IMG/VR virus record: IMGVR_UViG_2534681604_000006
Coordinates: 1 to 47,099 of that record
Length of the DNA stretch: 47,099 nt
Reading direction: 5' to 3' (one strand)
Origin: a virus
Taxonomy: Duplodnaviria; Heunggongvirae; Uroviricota; Caudoviricetes
Shown here: positions 19,054-28,829 of the stretch, piece by piece
How the letters are laid out: every line of letters begins with the position of its first letter
How positions within the stretch are numbered: the first letter of the stretch is position 1
The notes under the pieces: model-generated
What the model was told of the DNA's origin: nothing
Databases searched by the model: none
Seen by the model: the letters and a program-made list of their open reading frames with translations, nothing else
Translations under genes and position numbers: made by a program

Positions 19054-20115
19054 ATGTCACAGAACTGGATGAGACATTTCGAGCTGCAGCTTGTGGACGG
19101 GAACGGTCAGGGAATTGAGCTAAGTGATTTTAAAGTCACCTTTACGATCGACTGGTTCAACATCAGCAGCGCGTCCCGGGTAGGGACTATCAAAATTTAT
19201 AACCTCTCGGCAGATACTGTGAACCGAATCACCGGGCAGGAGTTTTCGAAAGTGCGTCTGATTGCCGGTTACGACGGTATCGCGCCGGAGGTGTCGGCAA
19301 GCGACGTCGGGACCGTGCGGGAAGTTGACGCGGCGGACGTGGGTCAGAGTGATGGCCGCAACTACGGACTGATTTTCAGCGGTGAAATTCGCTACTCGGT
19401 CACAGGAAAAGACAGTCCGGTTGATTCCTACGTCCTGATTCAGGCAGCAGATACTGATCTGGCTTTTGCCACCAGTATAACCTCACAGACGCTGGCTGCC
19501 GGTTACACGGTCGCTGATGTAAACCGTGCGCTGATGAAAGACTTCGAAGCCAAAGGCGCGACCGAAGGCCTGACGCCTGAAATGCCTGCTACTGTATTCC
19601 CCCGGGGGCGGGTACTCTTTGGCATGACGCGGCATCTAATGGATAACGTAGCCGGGCAATGTGGCGCAACATGGCAATTCGTGGACGGTCAGCGCCAGAT
19701 GGTGGCGAATAACGAATATGTTCATGAAGCGATTGTGCTCAACAGCGCTACCGGGCTTATTGGCATGCCGCAGCAGACTATCGGTAACGGCGTAAACGTC
19801 CGCGCGCTTATTAATCCGAACATCCGGGTTAACGGACTTATTCAGCTGGATCAGGCTTCCGTGTATCGTACCGCCTTGTCGAACAACGATATTGCGATGG
19901 CTGGTGGTCAGATCACCGACCAGAACACGGATGGAAATATCACGCTAAGCGGCACCACATCGCAGCCTGCCAGCATCGCAACGGATGGCGTTTATATTGT
20001 GCGCGGGATTATGTACACTGGCGACACAAGGGGCCAGGCGTGGTACATGGATATGATGTGCGAAGCGCGTGGCGCGGCGGATCTGTATACGCGATCGGCT
20101 TTGCAAAGGGGATGA
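19054..20115 (+). CDS. Baseplate hub-like protein
   Basis: 353 aa in the hub position. Confidence 0.55.
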   Translation: MSQNWMRHFELQLVDGNGQGIELSDFKVTFTIDWFNISSASRVGTIKIYNLSADTVNRITGQEFSKVRLIAGYDGIAPEVSASDVGTVREVDAADVGQSDGRNYGLIFSGEIRYSVTGKDSPVDSYVLIQAADTDLAFATSITSQTLAAGYTVADVNRALMKDFEAKGATEGLTPEMPATVFPRGRVLFGMTRHLMDNVAGQCGATWQFVDGQRQMVANNEYVHEAIVLNSATGLIGMPQQTIGNGVNVRALINPNIRVNGLIQLDQASVYRTALSNNDIAMAGGQITDQNTDGNITLSGTTSQPASIATDGVYIVRGIMYTGDTRGQAWYMDMMCEARGAADLYTRSALQRG

Positions 20116-20118
20116 GCA

Positions 20119-20460
20119 ATGAGGGGTATTATTTTTCTGTTAGCTGTCTTTTCTGCGTGCAGCGCGTGGGCGGATGGCTTCACGGTTAAATGCGGTGGCT
20201 ACACTATGGTTGCAAACCAGGGCGAGTTATCGACTATCAACGGTGAAAGAGTTACCTCTCAAAAAATCACCGAACTGGGTACCAATGGTTTGAAAGTAGA
20301 CATGGGGCTTATGCCTGCCAAAGACGGTAACAACTACGGCTTTGAATACATTCGTCGCCCTGGCACCGAAACGCGTTTCCTGAACGTCCAGCTTCTGCAG
20401 AACAGCATGGATGCACCGAAAATCATCGGATCTTTCCCGTGTAAAAAGGTTGATGGTTGA
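20119..20460 (+). CDS. Small secreted/periplasmic protein (moron in the tail operon)
   Basis: 113 aa with N-terminal signal peptide MRGIIFLLAVFSACSAWA; translationally coupled to the hub gene; followed by a hairpin. Confidence 0.6.
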   Translation: MRGIIFLLAVFSACSAWADGFTVKCGGYTMVANQGELSTINGERVTSQKITELGTNGLKVDMGLMPAKDGNNYGFEYIRRPGTETRFLNVQLLQNSMDAPKIIGSFPCKKVDG

Positions 20461-20465
20461 AGTCC

Positions 20466-20490
20466 CATCCTTTTTGCAAGGATGATTTTG
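20466..20490 (+). terminator. Hairpin/terminator after the secreted-protein gene
   Basis: CATCCTT tttgc AAGGATG perfect 7-bp inverted repeat followed by ATTTTG. Confidence 0.4.
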
Positions 20491-20521
20491 TGCGAAACGG
20501 CTCAACAGCACGAGCTTCGGA

Positions 20522-20551
20522 TTGACTAAACTGTATACGCGAACATAAAAT
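20522..20551 (+). promoter_or_regulatory. Candidate sigma70 promoter for the two-gene moron
   Basis: -35 TTGACT (20522-20527), 18-nt spacer, -10 TAAAAT (20546-20551). Confidence 0.35.
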
Positions 20552-20580
20552 TCAACCAAAAGATAAGTAGCGAGCGTACT

Positions 20581-21351
20581 GTGGCAAGACCAAAACTGAA
20601 AGCGGAAGAGCGTTTTGACCAGTTGGTTAAGATAATCAATAGTGGTCAACCTCTTGATATTTGGACCTTTCGAGAGGTGGTCTCGGAGTATGGCTCTAAG
20701 CGTACTCCGCCTGCTGACACGCTTGTAGCTTTGGCTCATATTGCTAAAGGTGATGTGAGTGTCGGGATTGAAATGCTTGAAGCTATCCTCCCACATGCTG
20801 ATGTTAACTTTGCGCGGATTTTTTGTAAGCTGCTTGAGCGTTTTTCTCTACTCGAAAAATCGGACTACTACATCTATTCTTTAGCTGATAAGTATCCAAC
20901 CAAGTGGTTTACTTATAGGGCTGGTGGCGTTGCGTATTTGGTAGGGAAACTATCAAAATGCGTAGAATATTTTGGACGTCATTGCAAAATGTTATCCCAA
21001 GAAGAACATAGGGATGACGCAGAAGCCTTCTTGCAGGAGGTAATTCACGATATGGATGAAGCATACAAAAAGTCAGGATGCTCTTCAGAACAATACATGC
21101 AAGTTGCTCTTGCTGTTCATAGAGTCATGGCTGAATTCCCTCCAACTGAATATCGTGCTGACATCAACGGTGCATCTGGTGGGACTTATCTGGTTGAGGT
21201 AGTTAATGCATCCCCTGAACAGGTGGTTGCAATGAATATGCGACTTGCAGATGAAATTTGTTCAATCGATTTACTTGATGATTGCAATCTTATTGCACGT
21301 TTTTCCGTTGAAAGAAATAGCTTGAAAGGGTGTAAATATGCCTATAACTAG
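20581..21351 (+). CDS. Hypothetical protein, moron gene A
   Basis: 256 aa from GTG at 20581; helical, no TM segment or recognisable catalytic motif; interrupts the baseplate operon. Confidence 0.55.
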   Translation: MARPKLKAEERFDQLVKIINSGQPLDIWTFREVVSEYGSKRTPPADTLVALAHIAKGDVSVGIEMLEAILPHADVNFARIFCKLLERFSLLEKSDYYIYSLADKYPTKWFTYRAGGVAYLVGKLSKCVEYFGRHCKMLSQEEHRDDAEAFLQEVIHDMDEAYKKSGCSSEQYMQVALAVHRVMAEFPPTEYRADINGASGGTYLVEVVNASPEQVVAMNMRLADEICSIDLLDDCNLIARFSVERNSLKGCKYAYN

Positions 21352-21733
21352 CTCTGAGTTTTTATCTTCAGCGGAGCGTTGCTTTGCGGAGGATTCTGAA
21401 GTTGGTTATCGTAATACTATTTCGCGGGCATATTATGCGCTTTACCATGAAATAAAAGAGAATCTGACCAGTCTTCCTGCTTATACGAAGGATCATCATT
21501 CCAGTCTTATCTCTTATCTTAAAAATAAGAGTGAAAACAAACTGGAGCCATATGATCCATTAAGCCTAAAATCCATGGCTTACAAACTTGAGCAACAGAG
21601 ACTGGCTCGAAATGAAGCAGATTATGACCTCACTAGCTGTGCAATAGATAAAGCAATGGCACAGCAATCTCTCTTAGAGGTTAAGACTATTTTTTCTCAG
21701 TGGGAAAAAATGAAGACTGATGAAGCTGTTTAA
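21338..21733 (+). CDS. Hypothetical small helical protein, moron gene B
   Basis: 131 aa; overlaps gene A by 14 nt; N-terminal SRAYYALYH; followed by a strong terminator. Confidence 0.55.
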   Translation: MPITSSEFLSSAERCFAEDSEVGYRNTISRAYYALYHEIKENLTSLPAYTKDHHSSLISYLKNKSENKLEPYDPLSLKSMAYKLEQQRLARNEADYDLTSCAIDKAMAQQSLLEVKTIFSQWEKMKTDEAV

Positions 21734-21753
21734 ACTCATTTAGTGAATTAACA

Positions 21754-21778
21754 AAACCCGCCATTCGGCGGGTTTTTT
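21754..21778 (+). terminator. Intrinsic terminator closing the two-gene moron
   Basis: CCCGCC attc GGCGGG hairpin followed by TTTTTT. Confidence 0.75.
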
Positions 21779-21797
21779 GCTTTCTGGAGCCTACCAA

Positions 21798-22550
21798 ATG
21801 GCAGTATCTGACCAGACCCGCAGCGGCGACCTTGCCGAAACATTCAAATCTGAACGGGAAACAACAAAGAATCAGATCCGAGTCGCCTTGCCTGGCATTA
21901 TTCAGTCATTCGATCCTGATGCGGTGACGGCGGTTGTGCAGCCTGCTATCCGTTCGGTTGAAAAGGATAATGACGGCAACCGCATTACCAAAAATTACCC
22001 ATTGCTGGTGGATGTTCCAGTGGTATTCCCACGTGGCGGAGGATGTACGCTAACGTTTCCGATTAAAGCCGGGGATGAGTGTCTTGTCGTTTTTGCCGAT
22101 CGTTGTATTGATTTCTGGTGGCAGAGCGGCGGAATACAGGAACCGGTCGATGACAGAATGCATGATTTATCGGATGCGTTTTGTATTGTAGGCCCCCAGT
22201 CGCAGGCGAGGAAGATTAGCGGTATTAATACCAGTGCCACACAGTTGCGTAGTGACGATGGCAGCACCTATTTTGAGCTTAATCCTGATACCAGGAAAAT
22301 TAAAATTGTCGCTCCGGGTGGTCTTGATGTGGTTGCCCCTCTGGCTGATTTTTCTGAGAAAGTAACCATTCATGGCCTGTTAACCTGGATGGGGGGCATG
22401 GTGGGGTCTGTTGTTTCTGGTGTGGCTTCAAAAATCACTGGTGTTGTTGAGTTTTTGGGTAGCGTGAAGGCTAACGGCAAGCCAATCGATAATACGCACA
22501 CTCATGGTGGTGTTCAGCGCGGTGGAAGCAGTACCGACGGGGTAAACTGA
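21798..22550 (+). CDS. Baseplate spike protein (gpV-like)
   Basis: ATG at 21798; C-terminal HTHGGVQRGGSSTDGV typical of spike proteins. Confidence 0.65.
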   Translation: MAVSDQTRSGDLAETFKSERETTKNQIRVALPGIIQSFDPDAVTAVVQPAIRSVEKDNDGNRITKNYPLLVDVPVVFPRGGGCTLTFPIKAGDECLVVFADRCIDFWWQSGGIQEPVDDRMHDLSDAFCIVGPQSQARKISGINTSATQLRSDDGSTYFELNPDTRKIKIVAPGGLDVVAPLADFSEKVTIHGLLTWMGGMVGSVVSGVASKITGVVEFLGSVKANGKPIDNTHTHGGVQRGGSSTDGVN

Positions 22551-22903
22551 TGCGATACAGACGTGAAGACGCCGATGGCGATTACACCTTTGGCAGCGGT
22601 GATGACACCTGGCTGATTAACTCACCGGATGCCGTGGCACAGGCGGTAAAAACGCGATTCGAATTGTGGTATGGGCAATGGTTTCTCGACACCACCGAGG
22701 GGACTCCGTGGATCCAGTCCGTACTCGGTAAGCAGAAGCCGGAAACCTACAACCTGGCCGTCCGTAAGCGCATCCTCGAAACGCGGGGCGTTAAATCAAT
22801 CCTCTCTTTCAATACGACGGTGGATACCACGACCCGACGTGTCATGTTTTCCGCTGAAATCGACACTCTCTATGGAATAACGACTGTTACATCGGAGGCG
22901 TAA
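22550..22903 (+). CDS. Baseplate wedge protein (W/gp25-like)
   Basis: 117 aa between spike and J-like genes. Confidence 0.55.
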   Translation: MRYRREDADGDYTFGSGDDTWLINSPDAVAQAVKTRFELWYGQWFLDTTEGTPWIQSVLGKQKPETYNLAVRKRILETRGVKSILSFNTTVDTTTRRVMFSAEIDTLYGITTVTSEA

Positions 22904-24102
22904 TGGCTCTGAACCTTGATTCTCTCGGTTTATCTGCAAAGGTAACCGCGGAGGGGATCGGTGCGCCTGATTATCAGACGATACTCAGCACCCTGATTAG
23001 CTATTTTCAGCAGATTTATGGCAGTGATGCCTACCTAGAACCGGACAGCAAAGACGGCCAGATGGTGGCTCTGATGGCGCTGGCGATTCATGATGCCAAT
23101 AATATGGCGATAACTGTCTACAACTGTTTTTCACCGGCAACCGGCTATGGGGTTGCACTGACCAGTAACGTGAAAATAAATGGTATTTCACGTAAAGGCG
23201 CGACGAACTCTACGGTTGATTTGCTTCTTACAGGAACTGCCGGAACAACCATCATTAATGGCAGCGTGAAAGACAGTAATAATGTGATATGGCGTTTGCC
23301 TGCTTCAGTGGTGGTCGGCGTGGATGGTACAGTGATGGTGACTGCAACATGTTCCGTCAGTGGTGCAGTGGCGGCGCTGGCTGGAACTATCACTGAAATA
23401 AATACGCCAACCCGTGGCTGGGTTTCGGTAACTAATCCTGCTGCGGCTACCGTGGGCACTCCGGCAGAAACTGACGCGGAGTTACGTATCCGCCAGTCGC
23501 AAAGTGTTGCGTTGCCATCAATAACCCCATTTGAAGCACTGGATGGTGCTGTTTCTAATGTTACCGGTGTAACCCGCCACAAACTCTATGAAAACGATAC
23601 TGGTTCGGAGGACGGTAACGGGTTACCGCCACACTCTGTTGCCGTAATTGTGGATGGCGGTGATGTGACGGATATTGCTCAGGCTATCAGAGGGAATAAA
23701 GGCCAGGGGACAGCCACTCACGGTACAACATCCGTTACGGTTCCGGATAAATACGGCAATCCCCATGTAATCAAATTCTCGCGTTCCAGTGATATGCCTG
23801 TTTATGCCCGGATTAAATTAAAAGTTTTTACGGGTTATACCTCACAGATAGGGCAGCAGATCCAGCAGGCTATTTCCGACTATATCAATAGTCTGACGAT
23901 TGGTGATTCGGTCCTTTTAAGTCGCATTTACTCACCGGCGAATCTTGGCGTGGTGAGTGGCGGGAATGCACGCTATTACGATATTCAGGAACTGACGATT
24001 GGGAAATCCCCGGGGGCTTTGTCGTCATCAAACATTGATATCAGATATAACGAATCTGCGTCCTGTACCCCGGAAAATATCGTTATAACGGTGGAGTCAT
24101 GA
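22903..24102 (+). CDS. Baseplate J-like protein
   Basis: 399 aa, position and size. Confidence 0.7.
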   Translation: MALNLDSLGLSAKVTAEGIGAPDYQTILSTLISYFQQIYGSDAYLEPDSKDGQMVALMALAIHDANNMAITVYNCFSPATGYGVALTSNVKINGISRKGATNSTVDLLLTGTAGTTIINGSVKDSNNVIWRLPASVVVGVDGTVMVTATCSVSGAVAALAGTITEINTPTRGWVSVTNPAAATVGTPAETDAELRIRQSQSVALPSITPFEALDGAVSNVTGVTRHKLYENDTGSEDGNGLPPHSVAVIVDGGDVTDIAQAIRGNKGQGTATHGTTSVTVPDKYGNPHVIKFSRSSDMPVYARIKLKVFTGYTSQIGQQIQQAISDYINSLTIGDSVLLSRIYSPANLGVVSGGNARYYDIQELTIGKSPGALSSSNIDIRYNESASCTPENIVITVES

Positions 24103-24779
24103 GCAAATACACCGAACTAATCACGAACTACCACGCCACCAAACCTAAATTTCTTGCGCATGTTGATCTGATGACCCGGCCGCTTATTGATGTTGCGGCT
24201 GCCACCAGAGGGCTGATTACTGCATTTGATATTGACTCTGCGGTTGGTGTGCAACTTGACATTCTGGGATTGTGGATCGGACGTAGCCGTGTTGTCAGCC
24301 AGCCTATCTCAGGTGTCTATTTCAGCTGGGATACCGACGGGCTTGGATATGATCAGGGGGTATGGCAGGGGCCATATGATCCTGATTCCGGATACATGTA
24401 CCTCAGCGATGAAACTTATCGTGTCATCCTTAAAGCGAAGATTGCGATTAATAACTGGGACGGACGGAATGATTCGCTTCCGGCAATTCTTGACACGGCG
24501 ACAGCAGGATCCGGGCTGCGAATGCAGATAGTCGATAACCAGGACATGACGATATCGGTCTGGGTCTTTCCTGATACAGATATTTCAGATGTATCGCGTG
24601 AGTTAATTGCGGCAATTAAACAGGGGTATCTCACAGTAAAAGCCGCCGGGGTATGGGCGGGTGGCATTGAAACACCTTCGGTGGAAACCCCATCGGAAGG
24701 CTCAAAATTTTTTGGTTTTGATATGGATAACGAATTCATCAGTGGTTTTGATGTAGGAGCATGGGGAGTATTACTCTGA
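24099..24779 (+). CDS. Baseplate/tail protein (I-like)
   Basis: 226 aa preceding the tail fibre. Confidence 0.6.
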   Translation: MSKYTELITNYHATKPKFLAHVDLMTRPLIDVAAATRGLITAFDIDSAVGVQLDILGLWIGRSRVVSQPISGVYFSWDTDGLGYDQGVWQGPYDPDSGYMYLSDETYRVILKAKIAINNWDGRNDSLPAILDTATAGSGLRMQIVDNQDMTISVWVFPDTDISDVSRELIAAIKQGYLTVKAAGVWAGGIETPSVETPSEGSKFFGFDMDNEFISGFDVGAWGVLL

Positions 24780-25489
24780 TGGCGAAAAATGACTTTAAAG
24801 CGTTTGCAACGGATCGAAATGCCAATGTTATATCGCAGGAGGAATGGGAAGCGTTGCCCGCGCTTTTATCCGGATTTACAGCAGGGAAAGCCTCCAGTGC
24901 GCAAGTCAATAAGGTTATTCGGCAGGCCAGCTTTATTGCTGCAGCTCTGGCCCAGTTTGTAAGTGATAAAACGCAACGGGATGTGCTTGATAATGGTGAT
25001 CTGCCCGGTTTTGTTGAATTGCTGGGATCGGGGTTTGCTGTTGAATACCTGAGCCGCAAGAATCCGTTTGGTGATATCAAATCGGATGGCACGGTGAAAA
25101 CGGCTCTCGAAAACCTTGGTTTGGGAGAAGCGGCAAAACGGGATGTGGGCACAGGGGAAAATCAGATACCGGACATGGTTTCATTTAGTGGGGTGAGGGA
25201 TTATTACGGAAAACAACTTTTGCCAGGAGGGTTGATACTCCAGTGGCTGACGATTCCATCAAGTGCAGCAGCCAAAGCTGTAACACTGAATAATGGTAAT
25301 TATCAGCTGTCAGGTTATAAATGGCCCCAGTCATTTGGTGTCCTGTTTGCTGTGTTTGCCACAAAAGTTTCTGGCTCGACTAACGAAGCATACGCAATCT
25401 CAGTTAATCGTCACTCTACCGATGTAATTGTCACCTGGAATGCCCGTAAGGCTGATGATGTCCACATTTTAGGAATTGGGAAATTATGA
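24779..25489 (+). CDS. Tail fibre protein (constant N-terminus fused to the currently oriented variable C-terminus)
   Basis: ATG at 24779 overlapping the upstream stop; crossover repeat inside the gene at 25116-25141; a paralogous C-terminus is encoded on the opposite strand. Confidence 0.7.
   Translation: MAKNDFKAFATDRNANVISQEEWEALPALLSGFTAGKASSAQVNKVIRQASFIAAALAQFVSDKTQRDVLDNGDLPGFVELLGSGFAVEYLSRKNPFGDIKSDGTVKTALENLGLGEAAKRDVGTGENQIPDMVSFSGVRDYYGKQLLPGGLILQWLTIPSSAAAKAVTLNNGNYQLSGYKWPQSFGVLFAVFATKVSGSTNEAYAISVNRHSTDVIVTWNARKADDVHILGIGKL
25116..25141. repeat. Left inverted-repeat crossover site of the invertible tail-fibre segment
   Basis: TTGGTTTGGGAGAAGCGGCAAAACGG, perfect reverse complement of 26623-26648. 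Confidence 0.75.
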
Positions 25490-25905
25490 AAATGAAATGG
25501 TCCCCATCTGTTCAGGGATTTTTCTCTGAAAACAACAGTGATATTCCCGATGATGCTTTCGATATTGAAGATGCTCTTTATTATGAACTTATGAATGGTC
25601 AGAGTACTGGGAAAATTATTATCAATAGCCCGGATAACTACCCTGTACTTACTGAATATCCAGCGAAGACACAGGAACAGGAAATAGCTGAAGCGGAGGG
25701 AATGAAAAATATACTTATTGAACAAGCCAACGATTATATGAACAGTAAACAATGGCCTGGTAAAGCGGCTATTGGCCGGCTGAAAGGTGAGGAACTGGCG
25801 CAATATAATTTGTGGCTGGATTACCTGGACGCACTGGAACTGGTCGATACTTCCGGTGCGCCAGATATTGAATGGCCTACGCCGCCGGCAGTTCAGGCCA
25901 GCTAA
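25486..25905 (+). CDS. Tail fibre assembly protein
   Basis: 139 aa [17 protein letters not shown]...; follows the tail-fibre gene. Confidence 0.7.
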   Translation: MKMKWSPSVQGFFSENNSDIPDDAFDIEDALYYELMNGQSTGKIIINSPDNYPVLTEYPAKTQEQEIAEAEGMKNILIEQANDYMNSKQWPGKAAIGRLKGEELAQYNLWLDYLDALELVDTSGAPDIEWPTPPAVQAS

Positions 25906-26272
25906 TCTCAGGAGCCGTCGAAGTGTCGACGGCTTTTACTTCTTTTTTGTAGTCCATCCAAGCAGATAGTTTTTCTTTATCTGTACTGCTGATATCACCA
26001 AGCATTAACTCCACTCGCCAGTCAGCTGTGACATTATCGGCATGAGCAAGTAACTGCATTCGCTGATTTTCCGCAAGTGCGACATAATCAATCGCCGGGG
26101 ATTTCAGTACCGGTAAACCATTTTCATCTGACGTAATTAATTTACCCCCTTCCTGCTGTCCGGCAATTAATTCATTGTATAAGTCTGTACTTATCTCAAC
26201 AATGTCAGCAGGCATGTCGCTGTTTATACCATCAAAGAAAAAACCATTAGTCGATTTTGAGAAATAAATCAT
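25877..26272 (-). CDS. Alternative tail fibre assembly protein (inverted orientation)
   Basis: Paralogue on the minus strand, MIYFSKSTNGFFFDGIN... from ATG at 26272. Confidence 0.6.
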   Translation of the reverse strand: MIYFSKSTNGFFFDGINSDMPADIVEISTDLYNELIAGQQEGGKLITSDENGLPVLKSPAIDYVALAENQRMQLLAHADNVTADWRVELMLGDISSTDKEKLSAWMDYKKEVKAVDTSTAPEISWPELPAA

Positions 26273-26280
26273 AGATATAC

Positions 26281-26622
26281 CTATACACCGATTGCTACCC
26301 AAAAACAGGACCTTTCATATTTGACAATTTCTCCATGAGATATACCGCCAACAATTATATAGAACTGTGATTTGCTGATATCAGAACAGTTCGCTATGCC
26401 CATTGCAGATATACCAGCCACCGACGTTGTATGTGGCACAGCCAACAGCGCAAGTGAACGATTTGGGAATGTTACCGGGTAAGTCACCGTATAGTTTGAT
26501 GCTCCACTGACAATACCCCACTGAATAATCAGACCTGAAGGGAGTTTTTGAAACCCCGTTGATGAAAGTGAACTGGCAAACGCCGCCATATCCGGAATTT
26601 GGTTTTGCTCGTTACCTACATT
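26281..26622 (-). CDS. Alternative tail-fibre C-terminal variable segment (no own start; expressed only after inversion)
   Basis: Encodes ...[20 protein letters not shown]..., paralogous to the plus-strand tail-fibre C-terminus and beginning at the inverted repeat. Confidence 0.6.
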   Translation of the reverse strand, partial: NVGNEQNQIPDMAAFASSLSSTGFQKLPSGLIIQWGIVSGASNYTVTYPVTFPNRSLALLAVPHTTSVAGISAMGIANCSDISKSQFYIIVGGISHGEIVKYERSCFWVAIGV

Positions 26623-26648
26623 CCGTTTTGCCGCTTCTCCCAAACCAA
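26623..26648. repeat. Right inverted-repeat crossover site of the invertible segment
   Basis: CCGTTTTGCCGCTTCTCCCAAACCAA. Confidence 0.75.
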
Positions 26649-26714
26649 CGTTTATGAAAATGCAGAAATAGCGCGCAAATGGCATCGTTCCTGTTTTTGT
26701 CAGGAGGAGCTATC

Positions 26715-26906
26715 ATGCTTATTGGCTATGTTCGCGTATCAACAAATGACCAGAACACCGATCTACAACGTAATGCGTTGAACTGTGCAGGATGCGAGCT
26801 GATTTTTGAAGACAAGATAAGCGGTACAAAGTCCGAGAGCCTAGGGCTGACACTGCTGTTCTTGATGCAAATTAAAGGATTTAATAGTGAGTTGTGGCCT
26901 TACTAA
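26715..26906 (+). pseudogene. Gin/Hin/Pin-family DNA invertase, truncated after about 40 codons
   Basis: MLIGYVRVSTNDQNTDLQRNALNCAGCELIFEDKISG... then unrelated sequence and a stop; RBS AGGAGGAG; a full invertase is about 190 aa. Confidence 0.7.
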
Positions 26907-26939
26907 TGTAAGGCCGCTATAATCATTTTATTAATTGCA

Positions 26940-28829
26940 TTAATCGTGTTTTGGCCATACTTTCAATGCAATTTCCCCCAACTTTTTACCCCGCTCCAGG
27001 ATTTCACCCTCATCCCATTTATCCTTAAGTATAAGTGGTATGTTCAGTCGTAGATTGGTGTGGACGATGAGAGCATCACGTTTTTTCAGAAATACAGCAT
27101 TCTGAACAGAACGGTTTACGCTAAGGTTAAGCAAAGTTAGATTTCCCAACGTAGCTATCGCTTGTTGCCGTTTCCTTACCAGTAGCTGCTCAGGGGTAAG
27201 ATCTGTTCCAGACAGAACAATTTGGTTCAATACCGTTGCATCTGAATTTGTCACCATATGACCATTTTCGAGAGGCCAACAGGAATACCAACTTTGAGGC
27301 ATAAGATGATCGATATCGAGATTGGAAAGATTTGGAACATCAGGCTTCTCTGTCTTCACTTGGTGACAAAGTTCTCTTTCAAGTTCCGTTAACATTGAGC
27401 GCATTTTCGGTGCGTCGAGCCTGCCAGGATAAAGTGGAGCATTGATGCAAGCATTGAGAAATTCTGAGTCACCAGGCCAACGTGAGGCTTCGCCATTTAA
27501 GCTATTGAGGATATTACGTAACTCAACACTGGAAATTTCCGTTTTAGACAAGTGCCGCAATACATTCATAAATACATTGTTGTAATTCTTTGGCGTCAGG
27601 CCACATACGGCTCTTCGTACTACGTAGGAGACAAGATCATTATACATGGCTGCTTTCTCATCATCGGCGATGTTAGCTATCGAAATGAACAAAGCAAGCG
27701 GATAAAGTGTCGTCACATCATAGGCTGCGATGCGATGTCCAAAGTGTGAGATGGGGGTTGTGCCAAAACCACCAACCAAATCTTTATATTGTGATGCATA
27801 TTGTTTGAGGCGCTTTACTTGCAGATCAGCTCGTTGTGAAGGCAAGTCCTTACTTACATAATCACGATACTCATTGTAAAGACGAGACAGATCAATTTCA
27901 CGTTGCCTTTCTGATTGCAATGTCGCATGCACTAGCCACTCCATGCGTGGTTTATTAATACGTCCACGGCGTTGCCTTTCCGACCAGTATGTATCTTCAA
28001 AGCTCTTCCACTCATTTTCATATAATTCAATAGCATTAATATTTTCATGCTCAGCGCACATAAAGATGTAGTTGCGAATAAGATCCGTGGCATGAAGTTC
28101 CGCCCCTCGGCCATTTAATGTTTCAAAAATTATTTGGGCATCATCTTCAGCTTCGAGAAATATGCTTACCAGTTTCAGATCCGTCAAGACAGCCTCAATT
28201 AGTGCTACAGCATTTTCATGTGGTGAGTACTTTTCTATTTTAATCCATTTTATAAAGGCTTCAGTAAAAAAACATAATGCCTCTAGTGACGGCGGGTGGT
28301 TGAAATGTTTACGTAACGTACCATGTTGCGTGAAGCTATCAGAAAATACATTACGGAGATCGTCAATGTTTTCAACATTAAAACTTTGAATAAAATGAGT
28401 TTGGTCTCGAAAAGTTGGCCACAGTTTGAAGCATTCTACCTTTTTATTTCGCATAGTTGCTTCGTTTGTATTTTTCAAGCAAGTCAATACTAACCCTTCC
28501 AAATCAGAAAGGCCTGTAGCACGCAATGATAATCGAATGGATGCCAGAATATATTGAAGAGTGGTTAAACGTTGCTGGCCGTCAATAATATGTATGGTAT
28601 CTACACCTAACAAGCTGTTTTTGAGTTGAGGTTCCAGCACCACCGCGCCAAGGAAATGGGGAGTTGGTTTTGTTCCCAAAAGTCGGCTATGTGCTTTTTC
28701 GAAGATATCCTCCAGCAAAGCTGACCATTGGTTTTGTTGCGTCCATACGTAGGCACGTTGATAGAATGGAACACGATATTGTCGTTGATTTTGGAAAAGT
28801 TGCTGGATGGTTAGCGTTTCGGATTTCAT
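26940..28829 (-). CDS. GmrSD-like type IV restriction endonuclease (DUF262 + DUF1524 domains)
   Basis: N-terminal DUF262 motifs (FYQRAYVW, IIDGQQRLTT) and C-terminal HNH-like DUF1524 (DIDHLMPQSW); AT-rich. Confidence 0.8.
   Translation of the reverse strand: MKSETLTIQQLFQNQRQYRVPFYQRAYVWTQQNQWSALLEDIFEKAHSRLLGTKPTPHFLGAVVLEPQLKNSLLGVDTIHIIDGQQRLTTLQYILASIRLSLRATGLSDLEGLVLTCLKNTNEATMRNKKVECFKLWPTFRDQTHFIQSFNVENIDDLRNVFSDSFTQHGTLRKHFNHPPSLEALCFFTEAFIKWIKIEKYSPHENAVALIEAVLTDLKLVSIFLEAEDDAQIIFETLNGRGAELHATDLIRNYIFMCAEHENINAIELYENEWKSFEDTYWSERQRRGRINKPRMEWLVHATLQSERQREIDLSRLYNEYRDYVSKDLPSQRADLQVKRLKQYASQYKDLVGGFGTTPISHFGHRIAAYDVTTLYPLALFISIANIADDEKAAMYNDLVSYVVRRAVCGLTPKNYNNVFMNVLRHLSKTEISSVELRNILNSLNGEASRWPGDSEFLNACINAPLYPGRLDAPKMRSMLTELERELCHQVKTEKPDVPNLSNLDIDHLMPQSWYSCWPLENGHMVTNSDATVLNQIVLSGTDLTPEQLLVRKRQQAIATLGNLTLLNLSVNRSVQNAVFLKKRDALIVHTNLRLNIPLILKDKWDEGEILERGKKLGEIALKVWPKHD

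Larger units (their letters stand above)
25116..26648. mobile_element. Invertible tail-fibre segment (Mu G / P1 C-like host-range switch)
   Basis: 26-bp inverted repeats flank two tail-fibre C-terminal variants and two tail-fibre assembly genes in mirror orientation, next to an invertase gene. Confidence 0.65.
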
